A DNA stretch of 64,000 bases, from the NCBI GenBank assembly GCA_044229975.1, contig JBGARZ010000003.1, positions 512,001-576,000 of the forward strand, given 5' to 3'. Position 1 is the first letter of the stretch, and the number at the start of each line of letters is the position of its first letter. Below, in pieces: positions 49,602 to 58,586 of the stretch. The notes under the pieces are model-generated. The model ran no database searches. It saw only the letters and a list, made by a program, of their open reading frames with translations, and was not told the origin of the DNA. The DNA is from Polyangiales bacterium. Its GTDB lineage: Bacteria; Myxococcota_A; Polyangia; Polyangiales; Ga0077539. Made by a program: the position numbers and the translations under genes.

Positions 49602-50851
49602 CGCGTGATCTCCTTCACCGGATTGCCGTCCGCCAGGGTGGCCGGCGGGGACAACACCACGTGCGTCCCCGGCGCCGGACCCTGCACCAACTCCACCGTG
49701 TCGCCGGTGCGGGCGCCGAGCGTCACCGGGTGCCGCCGCAGCACGCCGTCCTCGACGGTGAACACCACCTGCACGCCGCCGCGCGCCGTCACCGCTGTCG
49801 CCGGGACCACCGCGTGCGGCCTCGCCTGCAACGCCTCCTGCGACACCGCCGCCGTGAGGAAGCTCACCCGCGCGCTCATCTCGGGCAGCACCCCGGCGGC
49901 CTCGTCGGCGAAGCGCACCCGCACCGGGATGGTCGCCTTCGCGCGGTCGACCCGGTGCCCGAGCTCGGACACCGTGCACCGCACCCGCCGATCGGGAAAC
50001 GCGTCGAGCACCACCTCGCACGGACCGTCGACGCGCACGAGCCCGAGCCTCGCTTCCGGCACGTCGACCTCCACCACGATGGAGCGCGGGTCCATGATCT
50101 CGATGACCGGGCTCGCGGCCGTGTTGGTCGTGCCGGCGATCATCCCTGCACCCACCACCTCGCCGATCTGCGGCGGCCGGTTGAGCACGATGCCGTCGAA
50201 GGGCGCCGTCAACGTGAGCTGCCCGAGGTTGACCCGCAGGCTCGCCACCTCCGCCTGCGCCGCCCTCGCCTCCGCCTCGGCCGCCGTGATGGACGCCCGC
50301 AATGCACCGATGCGCGCGTCGAGGTCTTCCACCACCGAGCGCGCCGCCGAGCCCGCCGCGACCAGCCGTCGCTGCCGCTCGACGTTGACCTGCGCCTCGG
50401 CGAGGTTGGCCCGCGCGACCGCCACGCGCGCCTGCGCCGAGAGCGCCCGCGCCTGCGCCGTCGCGATGCCCGCGCGCTGCTCCACCGCGTCGAGGGTCAG
50501 GAGCACCTGCCCCTCATGCACCGCTTCGCCCTCGCGCACCGCCACACGCGCCACCCGTCCCGGCACCCGCGGCTGAACGCGCGACAGCGTGAGCGCGATG
50601 ACGTAGCCCGTGGCCGTGACGCTGGTCGACGCCTGCGTCGGCGACACGAGCGTCACCTCGCCGGTGCGCACCTCCGTCTTGAACACGCGCGCCTGCACCC
50701 GCGGCCACGCGTAGGCCGCTCCCGCACCGAGCGCGCCCAGCACCGCGAGCCACACCACCACGCGGCCGATGGCGCTCGGAGCGCCTGAGCTCGGCGGCGG
50801 ATCACGGTCGATGCGAAGCGCATGGAGGTCGGCGGAGAGCTGGTCCGACAT
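49598..50851 (-). CDS. Efflux periplasmic adaptor (MacA/HlyD-like)
   Basis: N-terminal TM; PRVPGRV..VREGEAV..GQVL; APFDGIV; LPEMSARV. Confidence 0.92.
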   Translation of the reverse strand: MSDQLSADLHALRIDRDPPPSSGAPSAIGRVVVWLAVLGALGAGAAYAWPRVQARVFKTEVRTGEVTLVSPTQASTSVTATGYVIALTLSRVQPRVPGRVARVAVREGEAVHEGQVLLTLDAVEQRAGIATAQARALSAQARVAVARANLAEAQVNVERQRRLVAAGSAARSVVEDLDARIGALRASITAAEAEARAAQAEVASLRVNLGQLTLTAPFDGIVLNRPPQIGEVVGAGMIAGTTNTAASPVIEIMDPRSIVVEVDVPEARLGLVRVDGPCEVVLDAFPDRRVRCTVSELGHRVDRAKATIPVRVRFADEAAGVLPEMSARVSFLTAAVSQEALQARPHAVVPATAVTARGGVQVVFTVEDGVLRRHPVTLGARTGDTVELVQGPAPGTHVVLSPPATLADGNPVKEITR

Positions 50852-50958
50852 GGCGCCGACGGTCTACCACCGCACGAAGTCCGCGGGGCAATTCGAGACA
50901 CGACGTGGACCCCACCGTGGACATTGGATGACCACGACAGATCTCGCTTCGGTCGACG

Positions 50959-51447
50959 TCAGCCGCCGAGCAGTCGTCGCGCGGTCGCCTTCCGCGCATC
51001 ACGCCGCTCGACCTCCTCCAGCGACGAGAACGACAGGTCGACCTCGACCCGGTAGCTGCCCTCGAAGGCATCGGGCGGATTGCCCTTCCAGTCGTCGGGC
51101 GAGAGCATCGAGAAGTAGTGCCTCGCGCCCTCCCCTTCGCCCTTCCGATAGAGGTGATACGTCTGCCCCGCGACCTTCTGGAACCGGCACTCCGCCTGGT
51201 GCAGCACCACGTCGCGGCGGGCCTTCTCCAGGATGTCCCTCGCCTGCTCCTGAAGCGCGCGAATCTGCTCGGCAATCATCCCGAGGCGGTCGGCGGTGGC
51301 CTCGCCGATGAGGGCGTTGGCCTGGGCGATCTCCTTCGCCACGTCGACCAGCTCGATGGCAGGCGCCAGCCGGCTCTGCCCGTACGGCGACGTCGACGCC
51401 GGGCCTTGGTGGTTGGGACCGGCGTACTTCGTCATGGAGTCACTCAT
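50959..51447 (-). CDS. DUF2452-like protein
   Basis: SPYGQSRLAPAI, IAEQIRALQEQA, AECRFQKVAGQTYHLY, SMLSPDDW; start approximate. Confidence 0.7.
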   Translation of the reverse strand: MSDSMTKYAGPNHQGPASTSPYGQSRLAPAIELVDVAKEIAQANALIGEATADRLGMIAEQIRALQEQARDILEKARRDVVLHQAECRFQKVAGQTYHLYRKGEGEGARHYFSMLSPDDWKGNPPDAFEGSYRVEVDLSFSSLEEVERRDARKATARRLLGG

Positions 51448-51551
51448 CGGTGGCTTCGATGCTGGCCGACCGGCCGCGGACTCGCAACCGTCGCTTGTGC
51501 CGACTCGGCAGAGCCCCGACACTCCGCTCCCCTCGACCGAAGGAGCAGCCG

Positions 51552-52814
51552 ATGACCTCCCCCTTGAACGACCCCGACCTCGCCGCATCCGACCCCGAGA
51601 TCTCCTCCCTCGTCCGCTCCGAGGACGAGCGGCAGCGCGACAAGCTCCGCATGATCCCGAGCGAAAACTACGCCTCGCGCGCCGTGCTCGAAGCCTGCGG
51701 ATCGACCCTCAACAACAAGTACTCCGAGGGGTATCCGCGCAAGCGCTACTACGAGGGGCAGCAGTTCATCGACCCCATCGAGGAGCTCGCCCGCGACCGC
51801 ATCAAGGCCCTCTTCGGCGTCGAGCACGCCAACGTGCAGCCGTACTCCGGGTCGCCGGCCAACCTCGCGGTGTACTTCGCGTTCTGCAAGCCGGGCGACA
51901 CCGTCATGGGACTCGGCCTCCCGCACGGCGGCCACCTCACCCACGGCTGGAGCGTCTCCATCACCGGCTCGTACTTCAAGAGCGTCGCCTACTCGGTGCG
52001 CCGCGACGACCACCGCATCGACATGGATGAGGTCCGCAAGCTCGCCCACGAGCACCGCCCGCGCCTGCTCTTCTGCGGTGGAACCGCCTACCCCCGCACC
52101 TGGGACTTCGCTGCCTTCGCGACCATCGCGAAGGAGGTCGGCGCCATCCTCGTCGCGGACATCGCGCACATCGCGGGCCTCGTCGTCGGCGGCGCGCACC
52201 CCTCGCCCGTCGGCCACGCCGACGTCATCACCAGCACCACCCACAAGACCCTGCGCGGTCCGCGCGGCGGAATGATCCTCACAGGTGCGGCGCACGCGGC
52301 TGCCATCGACAAGGCGGTGTTTCCGGGCCTCCAGGGCGGGCCGCACGAGGGCAACATCGCGGGCCTCGCCGTGGCGGCAAAGGAGGCATCGACGGACGCC
52401 TTCCGCGCGTACGCCCATCAGGTGGTCGCCAACGCGAAGGCGCTCGCCTCCGCGATGACCGAGCGCGGCTACTCGCTGGTCTCGGGCGGCACCGACAACC
52501 ACCTGTTGCTGGTCGATCTCACCCCGCAGAACATCCCCGGAAAGAAGGCCGCGAAGGCCCTCGACCGCGCGGGCATCGAGCTCAACTACAACAGCGTCCC
52601 GTACGACACGCGCAAGCCCTTCGACCCGTCGGGCGTGCGCCTCGGGACGCCCGCCCTCACCTCGCGCCACCTCGGCGAGAAGCACATGGCCCAGGTCGCC
52701 GAGTGGTTCGATCGCGCGGTGAAGGCGGCCGAGGACGACGCGAAGCTCGACGCCATCGCGAGCGAGGTGAAGGCCCTGCTCGCCGAGTACCCCGCCCCCG
52801 GCATCCCGGTCTGA
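51552..52814 (+). CDS. glyA: Serine hydroxymethyltransferase
   Basis: IPSENY, NKYSEGYP, NVQPYSGS, GGHLTHG, TTHKTLRGPRGG, GGTDNHL; aggag RBS upstream. Confidence 0.98.
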   Translation: MTSPLNDPDLAASDPEISSLVRSEDERQRDKLRMIPSENYASRAVLEACGSTLNNKYSEGYPRKRYYEGQQFIDPIEELARDRIKALFGVEHANVQPYSGSPANLAVYFAFCKPGDTVMGLGLPHGGHLTHGWSVSITGSYFKSVAYSVRRDDHRIDMDEVRKLAHEHRPRLLFCGGTAYPRTWDFAAFATIAKEVGAILVADIAHIAGLVVGGAHPSPVGHADVITSTTHKTLRGPRGGMILTGAAHAAAIDKAVFPGLQGGPHEGNIAGLAVAAKEASTDAFRAYAHQVVANAKALASAMTERGYSLVSGGTDNHLLLVDLTPQNIPGKKAAKALDRAGIELNYNSVPYDTRKPFDPSGVRLGTPALTSRHLGEKHMAQVAEWFDRAVKAAEDDAKLDAIASEVKALLAEYPAPGIPV

Positions 52815-52865
52815 CCATTCCGCCACAATAGACGCTCGACCCGACCCGGGAGCATCCTCCGTCGG

Positions 52866-54776
52866 GTGGCTCTTCGACGGCTCTCCCTCCTCGCGCTGAC
52901 CCTCCTCTCGGCAAGCTGCGTCGCTACTCCGACGGGGGGCGATGACGACGACTGGGACGAGGCCGACAACCTCACCATCCACCAGGAGGTCGCCGTCGCC
53001 GGGCGCTGGACCATGCCCGCCTCGGTGCGCGCCATCGCTGCCCGCCAGCGCGTCGGCTACAACGGCGCGCCCTCTTGGAACGGCGGTCGCAACTGCGGCG
53101 GCAACTTCCTCGCTGGCACCCGCGAGCTCGGCGACTACCTGCGCCGCACCTTCCGCCAGGTGCGCTCGTACGGCGGCTACTCGTGCCGCCCCAACACCGC
53201 CAACACCAGCCAGACCTCGGTCCACGGAACCGGTCGCGCCATCGACGTGTTCATCCCCACGACTGGAGGTCAGGCCGACAACACGCTCGGCGACCCGGTG
53301 GCCCACTGGCTCGTCACGCACGCCCAGGAGATCGGCGTCCAGCTCGTCATCTGGGACCGCTCCATCTGGGGCCCCGCCACCAGTCCCGACACGCGTTCGT
53401 ACACCGGGCCGCACCCGCACCACGACCACCTCCACGTCGAGCTCACCATCGAAGGCGCCAACCGCCGCACTCCCTGGTTCGGTGCGCGGGTGGTCGACAC
53501 CGACCGCGACACCATCCCGGACGCTCGCGACAACTGCCGCACGGTGAGCAACCGCGACCAGCGCGACACCGACCGCGACGGCATCGGCAACGCCTGCGAC
53601 AACTGCGACGGCGCCCGCAACCGCGACCAGCGCGACGCCGACCGCGACGGCGTCGGGGACACCTGCGACAACTGCCGCAGCATCAGCAACCGCGACCAGC
53701 AGGACCTCGAACGCGACGGTGTCGGCGGCTCCTGCGACAACTGCTCGCGCGACGCCAACCGCGACCAGCGGGACGGCGATCGCGATGGTCTCGGGGACGC
53801 GTGTGACAACTGCCCGGCGGCGGCCAATCGCGCGCAGGCCGATCAGGACGACGACGACCGCGGCGACGTCTGCGACGACGACCGCGACGGCGACGGCGTG
53901 GCCAACACGCGCGACAACTGCGCGCAGCGGGAGAACCCCGACCAGCGCGACACCAACCGCGACGGCCAGGGCGACGTCTGCGACGCGGACGACGACGGCG
54001 ACGGCGTGGCCGACGCGGCGGACAACTGCCCCCGGGTCTCCAACCGCACGCAGGACGACCTCGACCGCGATGGCCGCGGCGACGTGTGCGACGACAGCGA
54101 CGGTGACGGCGCGCTCGACGACGCCGACAACTGCCCGCGCCTCGCCAACGCCGACCAGGCCGACCTCGATATGGACCTCGTGGGCGATGTCTGCGACGTC
54201 GACCGCGACAACGACGGGACGCCCGAGGCGACGGACAACTGCCCGTCGGCCGCCAACGCCGATCAGCTCGACACCGACGGCGACGGCCGCGGCGACGCCT
54301 GCGACGAAGACCGCGACGGCGACGGAACGCCCGACGCCATGGACAACTGCGACGAGACCCCGGTGGGCGATCAGCGCGACACCGACGGCGACGGCGAGGG
54401 CGACGCGTGCGACCTCGACGCCGACGACGACGGCCTCGGCAACGCCGACGACAACTGCCCCTTCGACGCCAACGCCGACCAGACCGACACCGACGGCGAC
54501 GGCTTCGGCGACCCGTGCGACCGAACGATGTCCGCGTCCGATGGTGGCGTCATGGGTGACGGGGGAGTCGGTGGGGAAGGCGATCCGCCCGAAGGCGAGG
54601 TCGACCCGTCGGATGACGACGGTCCGGAAGAGGAAGACCGATCGCTGGATGGAGCGGCCACGGAGGTGGACGGCGGGTCGGGTTGCAGCGCCGCGCCTGG
54701 TCGATCGGGCGCGCTGGGTCCGGGGATGGCGCTGCTCGGGCTGGTGCTCGCGCGGCGCCGTCGCCGTCGTCAGTAG
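52866..54776 (+). CDS. Surface protein: M15-like Zn peptidase domain + thrombospondin type 3 repeats + MYXO-CTERM
   Basis: SASC lipobox-like signal; SVHGTGRAIDVF and HHDHLHVE; 11 DNC-containing DxDxDG repeats; GGSGCSAAPG..LLGLVLARRRRRRQ. Confidence 0.85.
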   Translation: MALRRLSLLALTLLSASCVATPTGGDDDDWDEADNLTIHQEVAVAGRWTMPASVRAIAARQRVGYNGAPSWNGGRNCGGNFLAGTRELGDYLRRTFRQVRSYGGYSCRPNTANTSQTSVHGTGRAIDVFIPTTGGQADNTLGDPVAHWLVTHAQEIGVQLVIWDRSIWGPATSPDTRSYTGPHPHHDHLHVELTIEGANRRTPWFGARVVDTDRDTIPDARDNCRTVSNRDQRDTDRDGIGNACDNCDGARNRDQRDADRDGVGDTCDNCRSISNRDQQDLERDGVGGSCDNCSRDANRDQRDGDRDGLGDACDNCPAAANRAQADQDDDDRGDVCDDDRDGDGVANTRDNCAQRENPDQRDTNRDGQGDVCDADDDGDGVADAADNCPRVSNRTQDDLDRDGRGDVCDDSDGDGALDDADNCPRLANADQADLDMDLVGDVCDVDRDNDGTPEATDNCPSAANADQLDTDGDGRGDACDEDRDGDGTPDAMDNCDETPVGDQRDTDGDGEGDACDLDADDDGLGNADDNCPFDANADQTDTDGDGFGDPCDRTMSASDGGVMGDGGVGGEGDPPEGEVDPSDDDGPEEEDRSLDGAATEVDGGSGCSAAPGRSGALGPGMALLGLVLARRRRRRQ

Positions 54777-55747
54777 GCGACGCCCATCGAGCTCGCGCGC
54801 GCCTGAACCCGCCGCGTGATGACGCCCGCGATGTTGTTGGTGGGCGCCGCCATCGGGCGAGCCGCCGACGCTCCCGGTGCTCCGCCCATGGACCCGCGAC
54901 CCTCCGACGCCGCGGTGAGGGCCGCGACCTCCGCGGGGCGTGCCGCTCGCGCGACACCGCGCTGGGCGAGGACGTCGGCGCCTGCGCTGCGCTCCTCGTC
55001 GGTGAGGCGACGGTCGGAGACGTACACCTGACCGCCCTGGCGAAGGATGGTCTGCGTGCGGCCGTCGGCGAGCTGCTGGTCCTGCGCGTAGGTGAGCGCG
55101 GTCATCATCCCGTGGGTGCGGTTGGCGAGCGCGGCGAACTCTGCGTGGCCGCGCGCGTCGAGGCCGCTGCACTCGATGGTGCTGATCTCGATCTGGTGGT
55201 CGGCCGCGTACGAGACGAGCCGCTCGTGGCTGCGGTCGGGGTAGCGCTGCGCCGGCGCGTCACCCACCAGGAACACCATGCGCGCCGACTGCTGCCCCCA
55301 GTTCATCTCGTGGAGGGCGAGCGCGAGGCCCGCGTCGACGTCCTCGGGGTAGTCGCCGCCGCCCTGCGCCGTGACGCCCATGAGGGCGGTGTGCATCGCG
55401 TCGAGGTCGCTCGTGAGCGGGGTCATGTGCGTGGGCTCGCTGTCGCTGCGGTCGCGGTAGATCACGAGGCCGACGCGCAGGTTGGGGCGCGGATTGCCGG
55501 AGGCGATCTGGTTGGCGATGTTCCAGATGTGCTGCTTCACGGGCTCGATCTCGTCGCCCATGGAGCCCGTCGCATCGAGCACGAACACCACGTCGATGTT
55601 GGGCCGCGCCACCGCCACCCGATCGCTCTGGGTCATCGGGCTCACGCGCTGCGCGCTCGCCGGACCCGCAGCAGCCATCGCCGCCATCGCCACGCCCACC
55701 ATCAACCGCCGCACCCACCGCATCCGAGTCTGCACCATGACGATCAC
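54770..55747 (-). CDS. Secreted vWA domain protein
   Basis: Signal peptide ASA-Q; DVVFVLDATGSM (MIDAS), YRD, GGGDYPE, LVGDAP; start approximate. Confidence 0.88.
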   Translation of the reverse strand: MIVMVQTRMRWVRRLMVGVAMAAMAAAGPASAQRVSPMTQSDRVAVARPNIDVVFVLDATGSMGDEIEPVKQHIWNIANQIASGNPRPNLRVGLVIYRDRSDSEPTHMTPLTSDLDAMHTALMGVTAQGGGDYPEDVDAGLALALHEMNWGQQSARMVFLVGDAPAQRYPDRSHERLVSYAADHQIEISTIECSGLDARGHAEFAALANRTHGMMTALTYAQDQQLADGRTQTILRQGGQVYVSDRRLTDEERSAGADVLAQRGVARAARPAEVAALTAASEGRGSMGGAPGASAARPMAAPTNNIAGVITRRVQARASSMGVAY

Positions 55748-55878
55748 CGTTCTTTCGGAGCGCCGCTGAGAGAGGGCGCTCGACGTTGGTGGGTGCTGTC
55801 GACGCGCGGCCTCCGCGATCGGTCTACGAAAGCGTCACGAGGTCAGAGCGGGTATGTTCGCCGCTGCGGGAGGCATCG

Positions 55879-56751
55879 ATGAACAGCCCCACGGAGACCG
55901 AGTCGGAGAGTCAGACACCGAGCGTTCGCCGGGCGCTCGTGATCGCCGCGGTGATCGCGGTGGTCATCCAGCACGTCGTGCCCTTCGGGCGGCTGGCGCT
56001 GTATCCGTTCACGCTGCTCGCGACGTGGGTCCACGAGATGGGTCATGGCGTCACGGCGCTGCTGGTGGGTGGGTCGTTCTCGTCGCTCGATGTGTTCGCC
56101 AACGCGTCGGGCCTCGCCCACACCAACGCGGGCAACGGCCTTCCTCGCGCGCTGGTCTCCATGGGCGGTTTGCTCGCGCCGCCCTTCGTCGGGGCCGCGG
56201 TGCTGGCCCTGGGGCGCGGTCCGCGGCGGGCTCGCGTGCTGCTGCTCTCGCTCGCGCTGGCGCTGGTCGTGTCGCTGCTGATCTGGGTGCGCTCTCTCAC
56301 CGGTTGGGTGGCGCTTCCCATCACGGCGACCCTCATCGCGGCCTTCGGCGTGTGGGGTAGCCCGAAGGAGCGGATGGTGTTCACGCAGTTCATCGGGCTG
56401 CTGCTCGGGCTCGATACGGTCGGGCGCCTCGACTACCTGTTCATGGAGAGCGTGGTCATCAACGGGGACGAGATTCCGTCGGACGTCGCCAACGTGGTGA
56501 CGCAGATGGGGTCGTTTATTCCGGTGTGGGGCGCGTTGCTGACCCTCGTCGGGCTCTCGGCGCTGTACCTCGGACTCCGGATCGCGTGGCGTCAGCCGAA
56601 GGCCGCGAAGGCAATGACCTCGTCGGCGGCGTCGATGACGGAATCGACGACCCGGGAGAGGTCACCGAGCACGGCCTCATTGCGGAAGCGCATCACGCGC
56701 AACCCCTCGTCTTCGAGTGCATCGGTGCGTCGGCGATCATCCGCCTCCTGA
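55879..56751 (+). CDS. M50B-like membrane metallopeptidase (C-terminus runs into the antisense DUF559 gene)
   Basis: TWVHEMGHG HExxH in a TM context; SD motif; ggagg RBS. Confidence 0.85.
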   Translation: MNSPTETESESQTPSVRRALVIAAVIAVVIQHVVPFGRLALYPFTLLATWVHEMGHGVTALLVGGSFSSLDVFANASGLAHTNAGNGLPRALVSMGGLLAPPFVGAAVLALGRGPRRARVLLLSLALALVVSLLIWVRSLTGWVALPITATLIAAFGVWGSPKERMVFTQFIGLLLGLDTVGRLDYLFMESVVINGDEIPSDVANVVTQMGSFIPVWGALLTLVGLSALYLGLRIAWRQPKAAKAMTSSAASMTESTTRERSPSTASLRKRITRNPSSSSASVRRRSSAS

Positions 56752-56987
56752 AGATCGTGGACGTCTCCATCGACCTCGATGACGAGGCGAGCGCGCGGAA
56801 CATAGAAGTCAACGATCCATCCGCGGATGACGTGCTGAGTGCGTACGCGACATCCAAGAGAGCGCCTTCGGAGGACTTCCCACAGCGCACGTTCAGCGTC
56901 GGTCATCTCTCGTCGGAGCTGGCGCGCACGAGCAATCTTCGCGGGCGCCGCCCCAGGGTGGGAGTCGAGCGAGCTTCGTCGGACCAC
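56592..56987 (-). CDS. DUF559 (Vsr-like) endonuclease domain protein
   Basis: ARQLRREMTDAERALW, QHVIRGWIVDFY, LVIEVDGDVH, DRRRT..GLRVMRFRN. Confidence 0.9.
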   Translation of the reverse strand: MVRRSSLDSHPGAAPAKIARARQLRREMTDAERALWEVLRRRSLGCRVRTQHVIRGWIVDFYVPRARLVIEVDGDVHDLQEADDRRRTDALEDEGLRVMRFRNEAVLGDLSRVVDSVIDAADEVIAFAAFG

Positions 56988-57017
56988 GCCTCACCGTAGC
57001 CGATGGACCTGGTGTGG

Positions 57018-57236
57018 GCCCCCTCACCGCGCTGCCGCGCGCCCTCACCCCCGCGGGAGCGGGGGCAAGGGCTCCGATGCAACAGGTTGGTTGGTGGCCA
57101 GTCGTTGGCTGCGAGCGTGCGAGTTCAGCAGTCCCCAGCGCATGCGCGGCAGTCTCGAGCGCGTGTTCAGCAGCATCCTGAGCCCTTGCCCCCGCTCCCG
57201 CGGGGGTGAGGGCGCGCGGCAGCGGGGTGAGGGGGC
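57018..57236. repeat. 57-bp inverted repeat (REP-like) with 105-bp spacer
   Basis: 57018..57074 versus 57180..57236, 1 mismatch; arms contain ccctcacc units and an internal hairpin. Confidence 0.92.
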
Positions 57237-57237
57237 G

Positions 57238-57495
57238 CTACGGAACCTTCGTCGTCAGCTTGTCCACCGCGTGCACGGGCGCGCGGTCGCCCTTCATCAG
57301 GTGCGCGATGGCCCCCAGCACCAGCCGCTGCTGGTTGAGCATCGACTGCCCCGCGAACACCGGTGACACCACCGCCAGCGTGAAGTGCCCGCCGCCGCCC
57401 GACACCTCGACCACCGCGTCGGGGATCTTCGCCAGCACCGACTCGCGCAACGCCGTCAGCACGTCGCCCTGGAAATCCGTGTCGTGATTGGACAT
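57238..57495 (-). CDS. BolA/IbaG family protein
   Basis: GGGGHFTLAVVSPVFAGQSMLNQQRLV, VHAV; downstream of Grx4. Confidence 0.9.
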   Translation of the reverse strand: MSNHDTDFQGDVLTALRESVLAKIPDAVVEVSGGGGHFTLAVVSPVFAGQSMLNQQRLVLGAIAHLMKGDRAPVHAVDKLTTKVP

Positions 57496-57510
57496 CTCGC
57501 TCGCTCCTCT

Positions 57511-58443
57511 TCAGTACCGCGGAACCGACGGGTCGACGCTCGCGCTCCAGCCGTCGATGCCGCCCTGCAGGTTGTACACGTACCTGAACCCGCGGCGGAC
57601 GAACTGCTCGGCCGCCTGGAGACTCCGCACCCCGTGGTGGCACTGGAACACCAGCGGCGTCGAGCGGTCCATCGCCGCGATCTCCTTGTCGAGACCGCTG
57701 TCGAGCAGCCGCGCGCCGCGGATGCTGGCGATCTCCCACTCCTCGGGCGTCCGCACGTCGATGAGCTCGAACTTCTCCCCGCGGTCCATCATCTCCTTGA
57801 GCTTGCCCGGCGAGATCTGCCGCACCCGCGCCGGCTCGTTGGGGTTCTCGATCTTGAACCCCGCCCCGTTGGGCCCCGTCACGAAGCCGATGTGCACGCC
57901 GTCCGCGCGGAAGGCCGAGCCGCCGTCCATGTGCACCTGCAAGCCCGCGACATCGACCACCACGTCGCCCTTGATCGCGTCGCCGAAGTACATGTCGTGC
58001 TCGTACTTCGCGTTGATCTCCATCCGCAGCACGGCGCCGTCCGCGCCCATGGTCTTCGCCGCCGTCCGCAGCTCCTTCAATGCATCGTCGCTCGCCGTCA
58101 TGGTGGGCTGCTTCGGCCCCGTCGCCTCGGCGCCCAGCAACGGCTGGAGCTCACCGCGCGCGTGCAGCTCCTTCACGATGTCGGCCCCTCCGATGAACTG
58201 CCCGTCCACGTAGAGCTGCGGGATCGTCGGCCACTCCGAGAAGGCCTTCACCCCGTCGCGCACCTCCGGGTCTTCGAGCACGTCGACCGTGTGATACCCG
58301 GGCAGGTAACCGTCCAGCAGGCCCACCACCGACGCCGAGAACCCGCACGCCGGCGCGAACCGGCTGCCCTTCATGAACAGCACCACCCGGTGCGCCTTGA
58401 TGGTGTCCTCGATCTTCTGCCGAACGCTGTCGCCGCTGCTCAT
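57511..58443 (-). CDS. grxD: Monothiol glutaredoxin fused to IscA/HesB-like and rhodanese domains
   Basis: VVLFMKG..CGFS, WPTIPQLY..GGADI; GFKIENPN; IDVRTPEEW..CHHGVRS..NLQGGIDGW. Confidence 0.9.
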   Translation of the reverse strand: MSSGDSVRQKIEDTIKAHRVVLFMKGSRFAPACGFSASVVGLLDGYLPGYHTVDVLEDPEVRDGVKAFSEWPTIPQLYVDGQFIGGADIVKELHARGELQPLLGAEATGPKQPTMTASDDALKELRTAAKTMGADGAVLRMEINAKYEHDMYFGDAIKGDVVVDVAGLQVHMDGGSAFRADGVHIGFVTGPNGAGFKIENPNEPARVRQISPGKLKEMMDRGEKFELIDVRTPEEWEIASIRGARLLDSGLDKEIAAMDRSTPLVFQCHHGVRSLQAAEQFVRRGFRYVYNLQGGIDGWSASVDPSVPRY

Positions 58444-58586
58444 GGTCGAACTTCCTCGTTGGGGTGCGCGGCCCGTCACGTCCGATCGGTGGACGCCCGG
58501 AGCGCGCGCGGGTAACCAATGCCACCAAAGCCGCGGCCATGGCTACCAGCAACCCCGCCGCTCACCCCCCGGAGTAGACCCACCGC

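Noticed and set aside
51448..51551. ZMP/ZTP or glycine riboswitch upstream of glyA
   Set aside because: Only a short hairpin (tgccga-c-tcggca) is visible; I could not match the consensus elements, and the region is a short divergent intergenic.
53494..54525. CRISPR-like or tandem DNA repeats
   Set aside because: The repeats are degenerate, in frame and encode thrombospondin type 3 units; there is no constant repeat with unique spacers and no cas genes.
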